From Cenococcum geophilum (Eukaryota), in the NCBI GenBank assembly GCA_050273025.1, contig CP158636.1, forward strand, positions 1,798,001 to 1,862,000: a stretch of DNA of 64,000 nt, in the 5' to 3' direction. Shown here piece by piece: positions 12,022-23,487 of this stretch (position 1 is its first letter; each line of letters begins with the position of its first letter). Under the pieces are notes generated by a model. The model saw only the letters and a program-made list of their open reading frames with translations. It searched no databases and had not been told where the DNA came from. A program made the translations under genes and the position numbers.

Positions 12022-14452
12022 TTACTTCGGGGATGAGGTCGTCGAGTGTGACTTGGGTCTGCCACTCAAAATGTCAACAACGTCCTTCAATCCCATCCAG
12101 AACTCGTCCTTCGGCCTCCGGTCCTTCCAGTCCGTCTCGTTCTCCTCAACCAGCTCCATTGCTGAGAACAGCACTTTAGCACCCTTGATGCCAATCACCG
12201 ACGCGCTCATTGGGTCTTTCGCAATCTCCTCTTTGCTTTTTCCAATGAAATCTTCAATATGCTGCAAGCTCTTGACCCCAAATCTGGCAGCTCTCACCCG
12301 GTCCATTGGTGACGGCGTGGTTCCTTGTTGGAAGTGACCAGGCACTCCGACTCTGGACTCGAAACGACCCTTGGCTTCCTCGCGGATCATGTTGGCGATT
12401 ATCTCGGTGGTGTACGTCTTCGATGCCTTTTCGTTCCGGAGGATGATCTTGCCTGCGCGGTTCTGGCCTCTATCCTTGGCGAAATGTTCTCGCAAGTGGT
12501 CGATGTCGCGATCCAACATCTTTATGTTGATGCCATCTTCGGGAGTGTAGACCGCAAAAGCTCCTATCGAAAGACCGGCGATTGTGGCGATGTATCCAGA
12601 TGCTCCGCCTTGCGTTTCGATAACGAATACACGTCTTCGAGACGACGAAGCAGACTGTCGGCAGGCATCGCAGTACTGGATAAGAGCATTGAGGCACGTG
12701 TCGCTGCCAATCGAATATTCCGTCCCCGGCACGTTGTTGCTGACGGTCGCTGGTAGGATGACCATGGGAATCTTCAAAGAGTCGTATTGCTCTCTCGCCT
12801 TCCTCAGCTCGCTGATTGACGTGAAGGCTTCGAACCCTCCAACAGCGAACAGTGCTTGGATCTTGTATTTCTCGAAGCACATAGCAACAGTTGGCATGTC
12901 CTCAGAGGGTAGGCCGCGGTTCGTTCCGATCTCCGAACCACCTTTGCTTACCCAGCTTTCAGCGTCCAGCCAGGACACCTCGCGAACGGATCCCAGAGGC
13001 TTGTCGTCGTGGTGCCGGGTTAGTCCGGGGAAGCCGTTATGCAGGGCAACAGGCGTGTGGCCTCTTGCCAGGCAGTATGCCACTGCCGCTCGCGTTGCAG
13101 CGTTCATACCCCCAGCAGGAGCACCAATATGAATTATGCCTACTCGTAACCGCTATTCCAGTATCTCGTCAGCTAATTCAAGAGTTGTCATGGTAAGACG
13201 CGTACCTTTTCTTCCGGGAGGAGCAATTGGGGCTGATCCATGGCAGTGGTGATGTTGTATGCTTGCCAATATTCGGCGAATTCAGCGTCTCGAAGACTCA
13301 TGGCTCGATCGAAGTCCTTCGCTGCGATAGCTTCAGCAACCTCGTGGGTTTGTTTTACAGCTTCCAGCAGAGGCCTCCGCTCAATCTTGTTCTCCACCAT
13401 GCAGATGACTGGGCTAGGTGTTTCCGGAGTTGCCTCCAGCACAGCTTTCACGGCTTCCGCGCCTTGTAGAGTCGAGAGCATACGATCATATGCACAGGCT
13501 GTTCCTCCACGTTGGACGTGGCCCAGGGTTGTGATTCTCGTGTCAAGACGCAATTTATCTGTCAGGAGGTGCTTGACGTGGGATGGCGAGATCTTGAGTA
13601 GATTTCGGTCGTGGGCTCCCTCGGCGACGATTACGATGGTTTTGCGTTTTCCGAGGTCACGGTGCTGTGCCGGTTAGCATAGAAGAGATAAAGCGTATTC
13701 AAACATACCTTTTTGATGACTTTGCACATGTCCGCCTCCCAATTCTCGGATGGGGGGTTTTCTGGGAGGAAGACGAAGTCTGCTCCGGTGCTGACACCCG
13801 CCATGAGTGCTAGCCAACCGCAATGTCTTCCCATGACCTCAATGACAAAAGCTCGTTGATGCGAGAGGGCCGTAGCGTCAATGTAATCCACCGACTCGCA
13901 AATCCGTCCAAGAGAAGAATAGCAGCCAATCGTGGCGTCGGTCATAGACAGATCGTTGTCGATTGACCCGACCAACCCGACGATGTTCAAGAGTCTGAAC
14001 GGCTCGACTTGTTCGGCCGTCAATTCTTTCTTCTTGACTAATTCTTCCAGCAGCCCCGGCCATTCCCCCCTGAACTTATCGGCACCGGTCAAGCTACCGT
14101 CTCCTCCGCAGATGATGAGAGCATTGATGCCCTTCAGGATCATGTTCTTCGCCGCGGTCAACCGTCCCGGCCTTTCCATGAAGGCTTTACACCGGGCAGT
14201 GCCAATCAGTGTGCCGCCTTCGGAGAGAAAGCCTCGGACGTCCTCCCATCCCATCTCCCGGATCATGTCCCCGCCTTGTACCAGTCCCTCGTAGCCTTCG
14301 TAGATGGCGTAGGCCTCGCAGTTTTGGGCAATTGACATCCGGACTACAGCTCTGACAGCTCCGTTCATACCCGGAGCATCACCACCGCTGGTCATGACAC
14401 CAATTCGGCGTTTCCTGCCCAGAAGGGGTGGAGGAGGTTCGGTCGGGGCCAT
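12022..14452 (-). CDS. pfkA: ATP-dependent 6-phosphofructokinase, 3 exons (14452-13709, 13664-13206, 13152-12022)
   Basis: N-terminal half has [36 protein letters not shown] and LGHVQRGG. C-terminal half has [15 protein letters not shown] and GHFQQG. Canonical introns restore the frame. Confidence 0.97.
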
Positions 14453-15231
14453 TGCGAGGTGAGAGTTGTAGTGGCCGGGATTGTGTAGGGAATTGCGGTG
14501 GGTGGCAGAGGCTTAACAGATGACGATGAGGAAGGGTGAAGTGTATGGTGAAGGTTTTATAGTGGGGGGATTGAGTGATGTGGAGTGGTGGACTTGTCTT
14601 TTGCGTTGGGGAAAAAAGAAAAATGGGGCTCGTGAAGCCTCAGAAATCTCATGACAGCAAAGCTTCGTGTCAAAGCTTTCAAGCCCGCACGCGGGGCACT
14701 GGCAGTCTGGCGGGCAAGGAGCGCCTTTGTTGTTATCGGCCACTTCGCCAACGATAAGGCTGAACTTTTTACCCGTCGTCATTTGACCACCTCCAATTTA
14801 TTCAAGCCCACGAATTTGCTTTTGCTGTCAACACCCCGAACCTATTGCCACCTGCTTCCGATCATCTCTCCATCCTCATGAAATGGTGTCACTATGACAA
14901 GATATTGCCAACATGGTTGTGGACCGGGGTCCTGCTTGTATCGCGATACAGGGGCAGCCAGAGCTGGGCGTTGATGCAGCCGAGCCGTCCCCGGGATCAA
15001 TTTACCCATGATAAAAAACGGGAACGTGGCCAAACATTCTCTCGTATCATTGCAATGCTGCATACGTTCGCACCTGACGGCTGAGAGAATAAGTATGCCT
15101 CGCCGGACGCCTTGCCATTTTGTTTTCAACCCTGCCTTGCGTGCTTCAGTCTATCTCTTGCGCTATATCATGATGGGTCGGCTTGGACAGCTTGCCTTTC
15201 TTTCCAACTACGTTCTTTACTCATAGCTCAA

Positions 15232-17370
15232 ATGGCTCCTTTAACTACTGTCTTTATAATCTTCATTATTTATTGTCTTTCTTTCGCGAAGGTTGAGGCG
15301 TTCGTGTTGGTTGACTTTGGACAATGCGAAGAAGCGGTAAACACGTCCTACTTCAACGACCCGACTATCGGTTACCTACGACATGAGCATGGAAACCCTA
15401 CGAGTAACATCTCCACTGCTTGGGGAATTACTTATCCAGCTTGTCTGAACATCTGTACTGCTGGGCAAAGCTTCATCGAGTGGAACGTCTTCTCCCCCCA
15501 ATTCGCCACTTGGTTGCTCCCATGGCTAGCTTTAACAGCACAACTACCTTTCCAAACCAGAAGTCGAGCGAAGAATTTCCAGGCCCTCTATCTGGCCATT
15601 GGTTCCCCACTTCTCATCATCTATTCTTTGACTCTAACAATTCTCACGGCGCGAAAGATCAATTCGTGTTTCCGCCAAATCAAAGAAGAAGCAGAGAACA
15701 TGCAGAAAGAAGCTAAGAAGGCACTATTTGAGGTTCTCGAGAACGCCCGAATCATCCTAATTGAAAGCCAGAACATCCCTCTGGGCATCGTTAACGGTCC
15801 CGGGAGACAAATCGCCCAGCTCGTGGTGAACCCCAGGAATGCAACTTGGTGGTCACACGTAGCGGGAGAAATCGTCAAAACCAAGAGGAAATGGACCTAT
15901 TCCCTGATTGCACAACTGTCCGTGGTTATCGTCGCTCAATTGTTCTCCATCATTGATTACTTTACCTCCGCGGCAGATGACACCACGATCTCTGTGGGAC
16001 TTGCGCTGAATAGTCTTTGGATATGGATGATATCAGTTACGCTGGGATGGGTATTCGTCGGGACTCAAACGTCTGCGGGGTCTATCAAAGCAGCGATTGC
16101 ATCTGCGACCGTGCCGGAACTGGGCGACGAAACGAATGTGGGTGGGATAGTTGGACTGGAAGATCGGACACGATATGACGGAGTGGCACAACGTGGAGAG
16201 AGAAGTAGGTTCGGGCTGGAGTCTCCATACTTTTCCCGCGCTAGCAGAGCATATAGGAAAGCGCATCCCCATTGGGAACATCCTGAAGTTGTACGAAGAG
16301 CAAGGTCGCTGAGAAACGCCCAGGAATCAGCCGAAAACGTTGAACTTCAGGAACCTCAACCCTTCCTGGCGGTTCCGGACCCGGAGCGTGGTGATACACA
16401 AAGGAGTTCAGGAGATAGTAGCACCAGAGTGGTGAGTCAAGAGGATAATGATGAGGGGCCAGCCGCAGCTACTGATTCACACAAATCCTGGATGGAAAAG
16501 AGGTTCGGCATCAGCTTCACTGGCGACGACCTGGAACCGGGCCCCATATTCAACTATGCAAGAGTCTGGAGCCACATGAATGTATTAGCTTACCTTGTCG
16601 AGGCCTTCACAGAATCAATCCGACATCAACTCCTCAAGCAAAGTGTCTCAGGCCAAACATGGGACCCTACAAACTACTCCTCCAATCTCCGAGGATCACC
16701 CGAGAACATGTCCCGCTATATCTCCGCTACATATGTTGATATCGAGCCATTCTACATCCATTCCAAGAGACTGTCTAGCTTCAACTGGAACTGCGTCAGG
16801 GCTGCTCTCGTGGCAATTATTCTCTTCTGGTGCACAACCGGGGCAGGGCTCCTCATCGCTTACGAGACTCCAACTGTGGGTCTTGGCTGCGACTCGGCCG
16901 GGTACCTCCTCTACGGCATCATCGCGACCTTCTCCTGTCTTCTCCTCCTCCTCTCCACCTACCTCTCCCACCTATACTCCTCCGCCTTCGAGCTATCCTC
17001 ATCCTCCCCGACCCTCAATCCCCGTCCACCTTCACCTCAACCCCCCAAAGCCATCTGGTGGCATACCACCCTCGCTCTAGCCACTTCTCATCTCGGCAAG
17101 TCCCTCGCGGGCCTAAACGCTCTCTGGCTCCTCTGCATCTCCGTCTTCCAATTCACGAACCTGTATAATACGTGTTGGTGTTCGTCGTCAATCGTGAGTC
17201 TGCACGGAAACGCGTGGGTGGCGTTGTTTGCGAGTGATTTGCAGATTGAGCAGGCGAGTAAGGCGCCGTGGATCGGAGGCGTGGTGTTGGCTTCTACGGT
17301 GGCGTTTGCGAGTGCGGCGTTCTTTTTGGGGAGTAGAGGGGATGAGATTTTTGAGGGGAATAAGAATTGA
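15232..17370 (+). CDS. Uncharacterised multi-pass membrane protein (~712 aa), with signal peptide and Cys-containing N-terminal ectodomain, intronless
   Basis: 752-codon open frame. The likely start is MAPLTTVFIIFIIY. Motifs include WLLPWLALTAQLPF, PGPIFNYARVW, TPTVGLGCDS and LYNTCWCSS, with about 9 hydrophobic segments. Confidence 0.8.
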   Translation: MAPLTTVFIIFIIYCLSFAKVEAFVLVDFGQCEEAVNTSYFNDPTIGYLRHEHGNPTSNISTAWGITYPACLNICTAGQSFIEWNVFSPQFATWLLPWLALTAQLPFQTRSRAKNFQALYLAIGSPLLIIYSLTLTILTARKINSCFRQIKEEAENMQKEAKKALFEVLENARIILIESQNIPLGIVNGPGRQIAQLVVNPRNATWWSHVAGEIVKTKRKWTYSLIAQLSVVIVAQLFSIIDYFTSAADDTTISVGLALNSLWIWMISVTLGWVFVGTQTSAGSIKAAIASATVPELGDETNVGGIVGLEDRTRYDGVAQRGERSRFGLESPYFSRASRAYRKAHPHWEHPEVVRRARSLRNAQESAENVELQEPQPFLAVPDPERGDTQRSSGDSSTRVVSQEDNDEGPAAATDSHKSWMEKRFGISFTGDDLEPGPIFNYARVWSHMNVLAYLVEAFTESIRHQLLKQSVSGQTWDPTNYSSNLRGSPENMSRYISATYVDIEPFYIHSKRLSSFNWNCVRAALVAIILFWCTTGAGLLIAYETPTVGLGCDSAGYLLYGIIATFSCLLLLLSTYLSHLYSSAFELSSSSPTLNPRPPSPQPPKAIWWHTTLALATSHLGKSLAGLNALWLLCISVFQFTNLYNTCWCSSSIVSLHGNAWVALFASDLQIEQASKAPWIGGVVLASTVAFASAAFFLGSRGDEIFEGNKN

Positions 17371-17429
17371 GTTCCTTTGGGGCTTTTGATCCGATTTCGA
17401 CTATGGGGCCAATGTCTGTTGTTTGGGTG

Positions 17430-17527
17430 CAGCGCTTTAATCAATATTCAATATCAATATAAGGGTGTATTAATATTGATATTGAACGCGCCTTCAGTAT
17501 TGATATTATATTGAATATTGAACCTAG
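17430..17527. mobile_element. hAT-like terminus relic: CAGCG start plus direct and inverted CAATAT arrays, followed by ~370 bp of TpA-rich sequence
   Basis: cagcgctttaatcaatattcaatatcaatat...atattgatattgaa...atattgaatattgaa. No partner terminus or TSD found. Confidence 0.4.
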
Positions 17528-18011
17528 GTAGGTCTTATGCAGAGTCTTGGCACGTATTTTAGGTTAAATTTAGGCTCTATATTAATCGAATTAGGCACGG
17601 AGCTTTAAAGGACGATTAATCTTTTATAGCTACTTCCAAATATCACAACCTTTGGCTTGGTGTTGTAGTCGTCGACTACTTTAACGATCCTCCGCCGTTC
17701 TGTAAGACCTTATCTATTAACTGTATAGCCACTATTTTACTACCTACTGTGATATTACTACGTGGCCAGCTCTTTAAACACTCCGTGCGCTTAATATTTG
17801 TACTTCCTAGTGATATAAAGGGGGGTGATATATAGACAATATATCGCGGACCTTAGGAGGTTGTGCGTAACGCTAAGCTTAACCTGGACCTCCAATACCT
17901 TCTCTTTTCCCACTTACTCACCTAACACGTGACTCTTGATATAACAATACCATTGGTATTGCGATATGCTCGGCCGAACAAACGGTATCGTACTAAAGAG
18001 ATTTGACTGTA

Positions 18012-19828
18012 TTAAACGGCTGTACCGATATTTCGGTGATGACTGTAAACGCGCGTCAGAAGCATTCGCCGCAGAAATGATTTCCCGCCTTCTCCGCGGA
18101 GGCATTTGCCATTTCCTCGGTTGTGCTTGAATTGCAATGCAGTGACGCCGAGCCTCAATGAACAGAGCATCCCCGCCGGAGCACTCTCTGCTGCACGCTA
18201 AGCTGCAATACCCAAGCCGCACATCTCTCGCTGCACATCAAAGGAAGGGCTGCACGGCCTAGTACTCCAAAGTCATGATGCAAATTTGTGGCTCTCCATG
18301 CTTCCACCATACGAGATAGGAGCCGCATGGTCAGCTTCACGCCCCTCGACTTAATATGATATTAAAGAGATATTGGGTTTTTCCTACGTCATATGCTCCT
18401 CTAATATTCTCTCATTCAACGCGAAATCAAATCCCTTTTACCGTCTCTGTTATATTTTATATGACCTGGCATATACTGTTGGACAAGACTAAATAAGCAG
18501 CAGAATGTGCAAACATACCTCTTCCACATTTTCAGCTGTGAGCTTCCAAAGGTGTCCCCCGAATCTTCGCTTACCCTCAGTCTTCCAAGTTCTTTCAAAT
18601 ATTCTACGCTTGAAAGCGCATGCTCGCTTGCTTCTAAACGAGAGAGTGGCGCAGACTGCCCGAAGATACCCTGGAGTGATGAGTAACTTTGATTCAAGGG
18701 TAATCCTGCGAAGAACACGATTGAATGTCTGGGTGGTGTATCCTGCGCAGGGGACTATTTCAGATTGTTAAATTTATTTCCGTTAAACGTATTCATTGCC
18801 CATACCTGAACGCGGTGAAGGGTCGCATGGATGCAGCCGCTGGTTGCTCTTTCGAATGCTTTTCTAAGACACCTGTTAACCGCAGTCCTGATATTCAATG
18901 ATAGAGGGTGTGTATACCCAATGTTGAGCGCCCATGAATTTGAACCAATAGGGATCTCGATCCAGGATTTACCGTTGCGCGTGTGAATCTGTAGACCGGC
19001 TGCATCAACTTCGCTCACGAAGGTCAGCCATCCCGTTTCGTCCTGATGGGCACCGACACCCTGTCCTGTACTGGTAGAGATGCCATCTACCGGGAAATAC
19101 TTCACGAGTTTCAGACGATGCTGTGCCTCCGCTGAATCTAAGGCTTGCAATGCCCCTGTTGGAAGCTCCAAAGCAACTTCCAGGTGTTCAAGAACCTTTC
19201 GGTACATAAGTCGCATATGTAACATATATTGCTCAGTCGTATTGCGGAATTCATCACCTGTGACTTCTGGATCAGGCCACTGTAGAGTGTTAGGAGATAG
19301 GCAGAATCTAGTAAACAAACAGTAAGACCTACGCAGTTCCTACCCACAAGAGCCATGTAATCATCTTCAACACTTTTGAGCCCACCATAGGATTCCAGGA
19401 CTTCCTCAGTAGCGAAATCGAAGATCTAAATAAATTAGTCACTTCCAACTCCTTCCCGTTGCCATGCCATTCTTACCTCTCGATTATCCACGAGGTCATT
19501 AGTTACCTCACTGCCACGACCGGTGAACCCTAGGAAGTGGCTGGAAACCGACTTTGCCATTCCTTTCTTCACATCATTCGGCCAACCGAAGGCTTCGATT
19601 GTCATGCGACACATATTCTTGAGCAAATCCTACAACAAATTGCTCAACTAATAGGCAATTTGAGGTTCAGAGAGCAACCAAAAGACTTACAGGGGGGAAC
19701 GAAGGTGCTTGAATCTTAAGGTATTCTCCGAGGAGGCCTGCCTGAATTGCCTTGGTAAAACCTTTCTTTTGCCAATCCTCATTCGGGGAGTCGATGCGCA
19801 GGTTGAGGACTGTGGTTTTATCTTCCAT
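18012..19828 (-). CDS. 2-oxoglutarate/Fe(II)-dependent dioxygenase (IPNS/DIOX_N + 2OG-FeII_Oxy type), multi-exon; last exon tentative
   Basis: Start context ccaccATGG. Motifs HFLGFTGRGSEVT, DNRE|IFDF, WP, RLKLVKYFP, GQGVGAHQDETGWLT (HxD), GLQI, ATLHRVQ (distal His) and RHSIVFF (RxS). GT-AG introns. Confidence 0.85.
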
Positions 19829-19892
19829 GGTGGTTGGTTTCAAAATAAGTGAAGGGAGGAGAATATGTTGAATTGTGATGATGGATTTCGAG

Positions 19893-20067
19893 CAGCGTGG
19901 TTTTCAATAAGCGAAAATCCAGCCAATAAAATATTGGCATTTGTTAATATTTGCAGTATCAATATTGGAATATTGGCAATTTTTGGACAAAATTATTATA
20001 ATAGAAATATACTTATTTTAAAAATAAATATTATACAAATTACTGGCATAGATTGGCAGTTTTATAA
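19893..20067. mobile_element. Second hAT-like terminus relic with CAATAT/ATATTG arrays, interrupted by the Pogo element
   Basis: cagcgtggttttcaataag...ccaataaaatattggc...atcaatattggaatattggcaat. No partner end located. Confidence 0.35.
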
Positions 20068-20069
20068 TA

Positions 20070-21804
20070 AGCTCGGACCTCCGGAACTCGGTCGCCTCCC
20101 GAACTCGGTCACTACACCAAAATCAACTTACCTATTTTCTCCACAACGAGTTAATTAATAGAGACCAAAATTAGCAGAACTTATAAATGACTATTATAGA
20201 TTCCGCACCTGGTGTTTATAAGCCTGCGCGAAAAGCCGTGCTTGCATATAGTGTCCCTTTGTCGATTTTAAGCGATTAATTAAATAGCAAGCTATTAACC
20301 CGATTTATATATATAATTAACTCCTATATAGGAGGTCTTGTTTATAAATTGAATACTTAAATAGGACCTATAAAGATTTACTCCCTTATATTTATAATTC
20401 TAAAAAAATTGTAGCTTAAATATTTAGTTAAAATAGTAATACTAAGCCCTTTAGTAAAATATAGGTAATTAGCTATTTTAACCAAAATCTTATTATTAAA
20501 TATTAAACTATATAGTTAATAAAAAAGATATAGATTAATAGGTTATAACTAAAGCAAATTTAAAGGTTTTATAATCTTTATAAGAGGGGTAAAAGGGAAG
20601 GCTAATATAGAGGTAAAAAGACCTATAAGATAGATGAATTTAGAGTAATATTATGTATATATATAAACCTAATTACTATAAGAGGTGCCTATAAAAAGGA
20701 GGCTTTTATATAGTTACTAAATAACTATAAATATATGTCTATTACAGGGGTAATATTTACCCCTAGTTAATTAATTAATTTTTATTATTACTAATATAGT
20801 TATACTAAGCTAAAATGCCTTATTAGACATATATAGCCTTAAGAAATAATTACCTAATTAATTTTATTATATTTAGGTTATTTATTAAACTTTTTTTTTA
20901 ACTTAAAACCAAATTATTTAGTAATAAACCCTAATTATTTTTACTTGATAGCTATATAAGCTATTATATAATTAAGTTTTTATTAAAATATAAATTAATT
21001 AATATATAACTTTTTTTTTTACTACTTTATTTAATATAGTAACCTTTAAATTTATAATATTTCTCCTTTATTAAATAAAAATATTAGGAGTAGATTATAA
21101 AGCTTATATTTCTTAATAATATAGCTTTAATTAAGAAGTACTACTTTACTAAGTATTACTATAAGACCTAAGGGGAAGGTCTTATGGCAAAGATAATTAA
21201 ATTTAGATAGTATATCTTTAGTAGTTATCTATGAAATCTATATAATAGCTTAAATTTTTTATAAGTCAAAAATAAAGCTTAAATAGAGGTTCTATGCCTT
21301 AAATAGGCTAGTAATAATTAGGTTAACATTATAGTTACCCTAAAGAAGCCCTATAACAGATATTAAATAGATTAAGGCCTTTATAATAGATATACACTTA
21401 ATTAAGGATTTAGTTATTTTTATAAAAAGTAAATCAATAACTTCAGCAGCTTATTATAAAGGCTATATATATAGACCCTTAAATATATAGCCTGCAATTA
21501 TAACTTAAAGACCTTAAAAGCGTAAAAATTTATAGGTAAGTACCTGTAGACTCTAAATATAGAGATGGAATTAGGGAAGTTATAAAGGAGGTAGAGGAGA
21601 AATAGGCTAAAATAAGGACAAAGGAGCCAAAGTTAAAGCCCTATAAGGTGTTAGCTAAAAAGAGCGAAGTCAATATATTAAATAGCATATAGGGATAAAT
21701 AGTTAATTTGATTTAGTTGGGTGTAGATAGCTTCTAAAGTATTATAACCGATTTTGGTGGGGTAACCGAGTTTAGGCGGTAACCGAGTTCCGGGGGTCCG
21801 AGCT
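20070..21804 (+). mobile_element. Pogo/Fot1-type Tc1-mariner DNA transposon, RIP-inactivated
   Basis: TIRs of ~55 bp (AGCTCGGACCTCCGGAACTCGGT... / ...ACCGAGTTCCGGGGGTCCGAGCT) with TA on both flanks. Relic HTH (~20220), 'MDEFGV' (~20630) and 'LLDGHISH'-like (~20940) DDE motifs. Confidence 0.9.
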
Positions 21805-22215
21805 TATATTCTTACGTATAGATATATTTGTATACTACAAAATGTCTTAGCACGCGCTCCCTTACCAAAATTAATTAATTTAAATATTAACTACCCCTAA
21901 ACTATACTATGACTATACGCAATTAAAGCTCTATATCTTTAATATAGCCTCTTTATTCTACTATCTATGTTATCTATAAGTAGCTAGTTATATAATAGCT
22001 TTATAGTAGCGCAGTAAAAGGGTAGTTAGATTTTTTGCGACTATACGCGTAAAATAAGATCTAAGACTTTAACTAACCGCTACTGTGAGGTGAGGATGTA
22101 GATAAGGAGTCTAATGATAGAATAATAGGGTATATTGTATAGATAGAGACGAATTCTTAAGGGAATAGGAGGAGTCTATGTGCGAGGTAGGAAGGGTTTT
22201 CCCTTGACTTAGCAT

Positions 22216-22311
22216 GCTTAGACTAAGAAACCAATAAATATTCGCTGCGTGGATTATCGAATATCCGCAAGCTAACCTATTTAATCGATCTATCTGTTTC
22301 TTAGTCTAAGC
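22216..22311. repeat. 96-bp hairpin with perfect 16-bp inverted arms GCTTAGACTAAGAAAC / GTTTCTTAGTCTAAGC; probable terminus of the adjacent transposon relic or a tiny MITE
   Basis: Arms at 22216-22231 and 22296-22311. Confidence 0.8.
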
Positions 22312-22389
22312 CACTTTAGTAGGCTTTTGGAAGCTAAGCTGCTTTATATAAGGCAAACTATTAACTTTAACAAAATTAATATAAGTAAC

Positions 22390-23487
22390 TGCTATGTCTA
22401 TTATCCTGTAAATACCTATATTAGAATCGCCTTAATTAGCTCTCTAATTAATAGATTTTCTAGAACTAACTACTAGCTATAGGTGCATCTAAAAAGCGTT
22501 AAAGAAAACCCTCTACTTTATTTAGCAGGAGCTAGTCTTCTTAAGCTTTTAATAATAAACTACCCTCTCTATTAAGCAATACCGCTAAAGGGTTAAGAAA
22601 TACAGCGGATATAGTACCTAAGGGTATTAGCGGTCTCATCCAACCCCTATTATCTCCCCTATTACTATCCTTAGCTCAAATACTGTCCTTAATAGACTAC
22701 TTACTACTGCTAAACTACATAAATCTCCAAGAGGATGAAGAAGTAGGAGTTAATAAAATATCTGTGATATCCGCGATATCCGCAATATCCGCTAAAAGGA
22801 TATCCGCTGCAGAGAAGGTCCGGGTAATTATTAACCGTCTTAGGCTATAGTGGATATTTATAAGAGACCTAGCGTTTAAATAGATTATAATAGCTAAAGG
22901 TTTACATAAGGTACTAAAGAAGAAAAGAGTAAGGGAGCTTCTTAGCAAACTTCTAGAAAATGTAAATATCCTAAATATCTATACTAAAGAGATAGAGAAA
23001 CGCGGTATAGTGGGTGCTAGTATCGCTCTTACTATCTAGGGAGAGCTTAAAAAGCTAAGGGAGAAAGAGTTACTATTTAGCAGCTTTAGCTAATATACCG
23101 ATATTAAGCAGCTTAACCTTAAGTAGTACTATTAAGTGGTAAAGACTTATACACTTATACTAGAGTATATAATCGTAGTATATTAAGAGGGTTAACGCAA
23201 ATATTCTTTATATAAAGGCCGTGCGGTTCTAATAGCTTTTATACTTATATTTAGCCTTTTATAAACTTTATAAATTATATCCTATAGCTATTAGGGATAA
23301 ATCTCTAAGCTAACGGCATTAGGCGCCGCGTGCTTTCTATACTCTATAGGCTTAGATTAATTAATAGTTATATTACTTTAAATTAGTAGAAGGAGCGGGT
23401 AGCCTAAAAGTTAAGGTTTAGCCTATAATCTTTATAGTGTGGGTATATACTAACCTATATATAGGTAAAAATCCGCTTAATAGGTAC
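22390..23487 (+). pseudogene. RIP-mutated relic of a DUF6589-like (Academ-type) transposase ORF, truncated by LTR A1
   Basis: 23275-23410 reads NYIL*LLGINL*ANGIRRRVLSILYRLRLINSY. Reversing RIP gives ~NYILQLLGMNLQANGI[K/R]RRVLSILHGLGLIDSY, resembling the N-terminal motif of fungal DUF6589 proteins (recognised from memory). Confidence 0.5.

Noticed and set aside
17640..17680. Short similarity (actacaacacca.gccaa) to 63680-63700 on the opposite strand
   Set aside because: Under 20 bp and does not extend; treated as chance.
18100..18350. Possible TPP riboswitch or snoRNA in the long dioxygenase intron
   Set aside because: No CTGAGA plus TGAT...AATAC-type core, or convincing C/D box pair, seen.
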